A DNA stretch of 64,000 nucleotides from Paraphysomonas bandaiensis (taxonomy: Eukaryota; Protista; Chrysophyceae): the NCBI GenBank assembly GCA_965644295.1, contig CBFFRP010000017.1, forward strand, positions 124,001 through 188,000, read 5' to 3'. Numbering within the stretch: position 1 is the first letter of the stretch; the number at the start of each line of letters is the position of its first letter. Shown piece by piece: positions 61,169 to 64,000 of this stretch. The notes beneath the pieces were generated by a model. That model saw only the letters and a program-made list of their open reading frames with translations. It was not told where the DNA came from and did not search any database. Position numbers and translations under genes: made by a program.

Positions 61169-63021
61169 CTTAGAATTTAAATGTAGACTTCGCTCTCATT
61201 CAGAGGGCAGCCCATACAGCCGTATATGGTATAGTACAAATCAAAACTGGTGCTTTTCTGCGACAAGATGGGTCGTTTTGTTATAAAATACGGATCTTTT
61301 GGTGAAAATGGGATTTTATACAGAAAAAATGCCTGTATTTTCAAAAAATTAGGACATAGCGCGCACGTCCACCTGGGCCTCGCATCATATCATACGATGC
61401 TATATGATAGTCTCCATCAGATGCCCAGGGAAGCACAAGTATCTCAGTATGAAGAGTGAGTGTGTCGCTGATAGTTCTGTTTTCGAACGATCTGATAACA
61501 GTGTCGCGAAGGCGCCTGTATAGCTGTGCACTGTGTATGTATATGTGCTGCATCTGCTTGAAGGACACGTCAACGATAAGATCAGAGACAGCTCTGAGAT
61601 ATGAGTTCTACTGATAGGGAAGGGATTCATTACACCGAATAGTTCATAGGTAACTGTGTATTGACTGTGGAGGTTATTGTGTGTGAATTCCGTAGCCATT
61701 ACGAACACCAGCTCTTGCCGTTAATCAAGAGGGATATCTCTCCAATGATTACCGCACTATCGTGTCTCCATGTACAATGATAATATATTTCGTAACTACT
61801 GCTGATCCTTCCGGCTTGATCACAACCTCTGAAGAGCTTCCGAGTATTGTGGGGGGTCTCGTCACTGCTAAAGTAGAAACAAGTGTATTGATCGGAAGGA
61901 AAGTTAATGATTCCACTGCTCGGGCTCCAATTGATGCCATTGACAATGATTGAAGAAAGTATCAGTGAGAAGTACTGAGAGTGAGGCTGGCAAATTAGAA
62001 GTAGTTCCATGATACGAACAATTATATTTGATTCTAGCTTTAGTTTCAAGTGCTTCCTATACGTATCATCGACCTCAGTCTTCCAATAGCCCGTATACAG
62101 ATCGGTTTTCACCGTAAGAGTTCTTGAAATGATGAGTAGGCGTAATAAACTAGTTTACATGTAGTTTCAAATAGCGTTTTTGATGTAAATTATCATGTTG
62201 TTATTCTCAAAAGGCGCTATATATTATAATGATTTTCGCCCTAACTATTTCCCACTTTTCCTTTCAAGACACTCTATGATATTATTTAGTTGTGCTTTCA
62301 AACTGCGTGTGCATTTTTACAACAGTGTAGTTGATATAGTGTATAGTGTAAGAACACATTTTAGAAATTGACCAAGTTGGCTGGTAATGATTGGTGGGAT
62401 CGTGGGATCTACGCAGTGTTGTTCATGTTTGATGCACACATCGAGATTGCTAGAGGTGACGATTCAGGTTATTACGTGTGGCTGACGCGCGTACCTAAAA
62501 TTGTAAATGTATTTTAAAGTATGATAGCTTGCTGTCTAGTTGCAGAGGACTGCAGAGAATTATGTCTACTCCCGTAGTAGAAGATAATAGTGGGAGCTGT
62601 AGGCGCTGTTTTAGGTCTTCTTGTCAGCTACTTAGATTATTTATGATTATTTGAAGTTCTGCTTATAATATAAGGTTGATAATAACTTGTTCTCATGGAT
62701 TATTGTACTGTATCTGCTGATAAGAAAGGTTGTGACGTATGAAGTGTATGAAGTGCACCCCTTTAAAGTTGCGTTAAAATATGTGCAACTAGAGTAGTAT
62801 TCTGAGAGGTAGCAGGCTTGTGCTGGATAACCTATATGAATTATTTGTCTACAACTCTAAACAATTTTCGTTTAACCACCTCGTCCTCGTTAAAAGATAT
62901 TCAGCTGCATGAATAGTTTATTGTTTTAACGAGTATCAATCCCATAATTTGTAGTTTATAGTGACGGGTATAGTTTAGTACCTAATTTAACGAAATTCAC
63001 TAGGTTCGAAACTATGTGAGA

Positions 63022-63464
63022 AAGTCTTATTATTAGCAGTAGGCGTCAAGAACCGACATCAGATAAGTAGTTAGATGAAGACTAGTCAGGCTAGATCGAC
63101 CTCTACAAGTAACTAACTAGTACAAATTCTCATATCCTACTATTAAACGCTACAGACGCTACTTGTGCGTCGCCGCAAGCACCAAGGTGCAACCATTTCT
63201 TGTGTGTGAGGGATAAGCTCTCTGCGGACGTCAGTCCTTGAAGTACAGAATGATCAGTCAGGAGGACGCTCCTTGAGATAGGGCTCCTCGGGACTTTGTG
63301 GAGGGGGATTTATGTATCAGTGAGTCCAGTGTTCTTAACCTGAGATACTGTACATGGACGAGGGGGTATGTTGGGGCTCCCACGTGTCTTTTTGCTGCGA
63401 GTTGGGCCCGAAACAGAGGAGTATCTGTCGGAGTTGACATCGTGGCCGCTTCTCTGCTGGGGCG
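63022..63464 (-). mobile_element. Copy of the LINE-like 3' end family
   Basis: TAGATGAAGACTAGTCAGGCTAGATCGACCTCTACAAGTAACTAACTAGTACAAATTC is identical to 46678 onward; similarity continues for ~390 bp. Confidence 0.85.
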
Positions 63465-64000
63465 AGACTATATCTTGCTTTCAAGTTTATGCTCATACTC
63501 CTCCTATCACTTAGTATGTAGTATATATTATGTGTTGATTTCGGAGACAACATATGTTCATCTCCAATCACAATGAACTCAAAACTAGAAAACATGTCGT
63601 CAGCAAGCAAGCAGCTCTTACTTTACTTTTCGACGCATGTGTACAGTAACGGCAAATGATATATACCATATTTACGGAAACCTATTTTTCTCATTCACGC
63701 ACCATATGATAATAATAACCGGGCATAATCTACAGTTCATACACTAATCCTTCGGCATTTTTCACTGAAAACTTGAATTCGATGGGTCACTATGCTGCAC
63801 AATAAAATCACTGAAACTACTAAACTCCGGCACCCAACCAATCTCAGTTCGCGTCCACCTGCAATCACATACTTTCCCTCCATTCTCATGCTCTGATTTC
63901 GAAGAGAACTGCGCATGCGTCATAAACTAAACCCGACAGTGAAATAATACCTGTGGAACAGAAACTCCGGGGGCCAGAGCTGCAAATGATGCCTCGACAA

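Noticed and set aside
61400-62112. Minus-strand ORF fragments
   Set aside because: Non-ATG starts, stops and no recognisable motif; possibly a pseudogene but unassignable.

Overview
Eukaryotic nuclear DNA with short GT-AG introns (mostly 45-60 nt). The Ocm1/Sig1-type mastigoneme gene and the RRRLQM ADP/ATP carrier point to a flagellated stramenopile, probably a chrysophyte-like ochrophyte. Host genes: two near-identical inverted ADP/ATP carriers (197-1138 +, 20509-21450 -), PMS2, a PX-like protein, CTF4/WDHD1, a membrane-anchored CRAL-TRIO protein, a ~2340-aa polycystin-1/REJ-like protein, a CDPK-like kinase, a small membrane protein, a three-exon 8-cysteine secreted peptide absent from the ORF track, a tubular mastigoneme protein and an N-terminally extended CCDC96. 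Intergenic DNA holds nested transposons: three Ty1/Copia elements plus a solo LTR, hAT remnants, PIF/Harbinger elements and four copies of a structured LINE-like 3' end. Most notable: (i) the carrier duplication looks old but is homogenised up to a transposon insertion site; (ii) both TSD-bounded Copia elements have deletions starting 20-27 bp inside the 5' LTR; (iii) TTAGGG repeats lie between inverted hAT ends; (iv) the hidden cationic 8-Cys peptide; (v) GTAT/ATAC motifs mark gene starts. Gene models and alignments were made by eye; no database searches were run.
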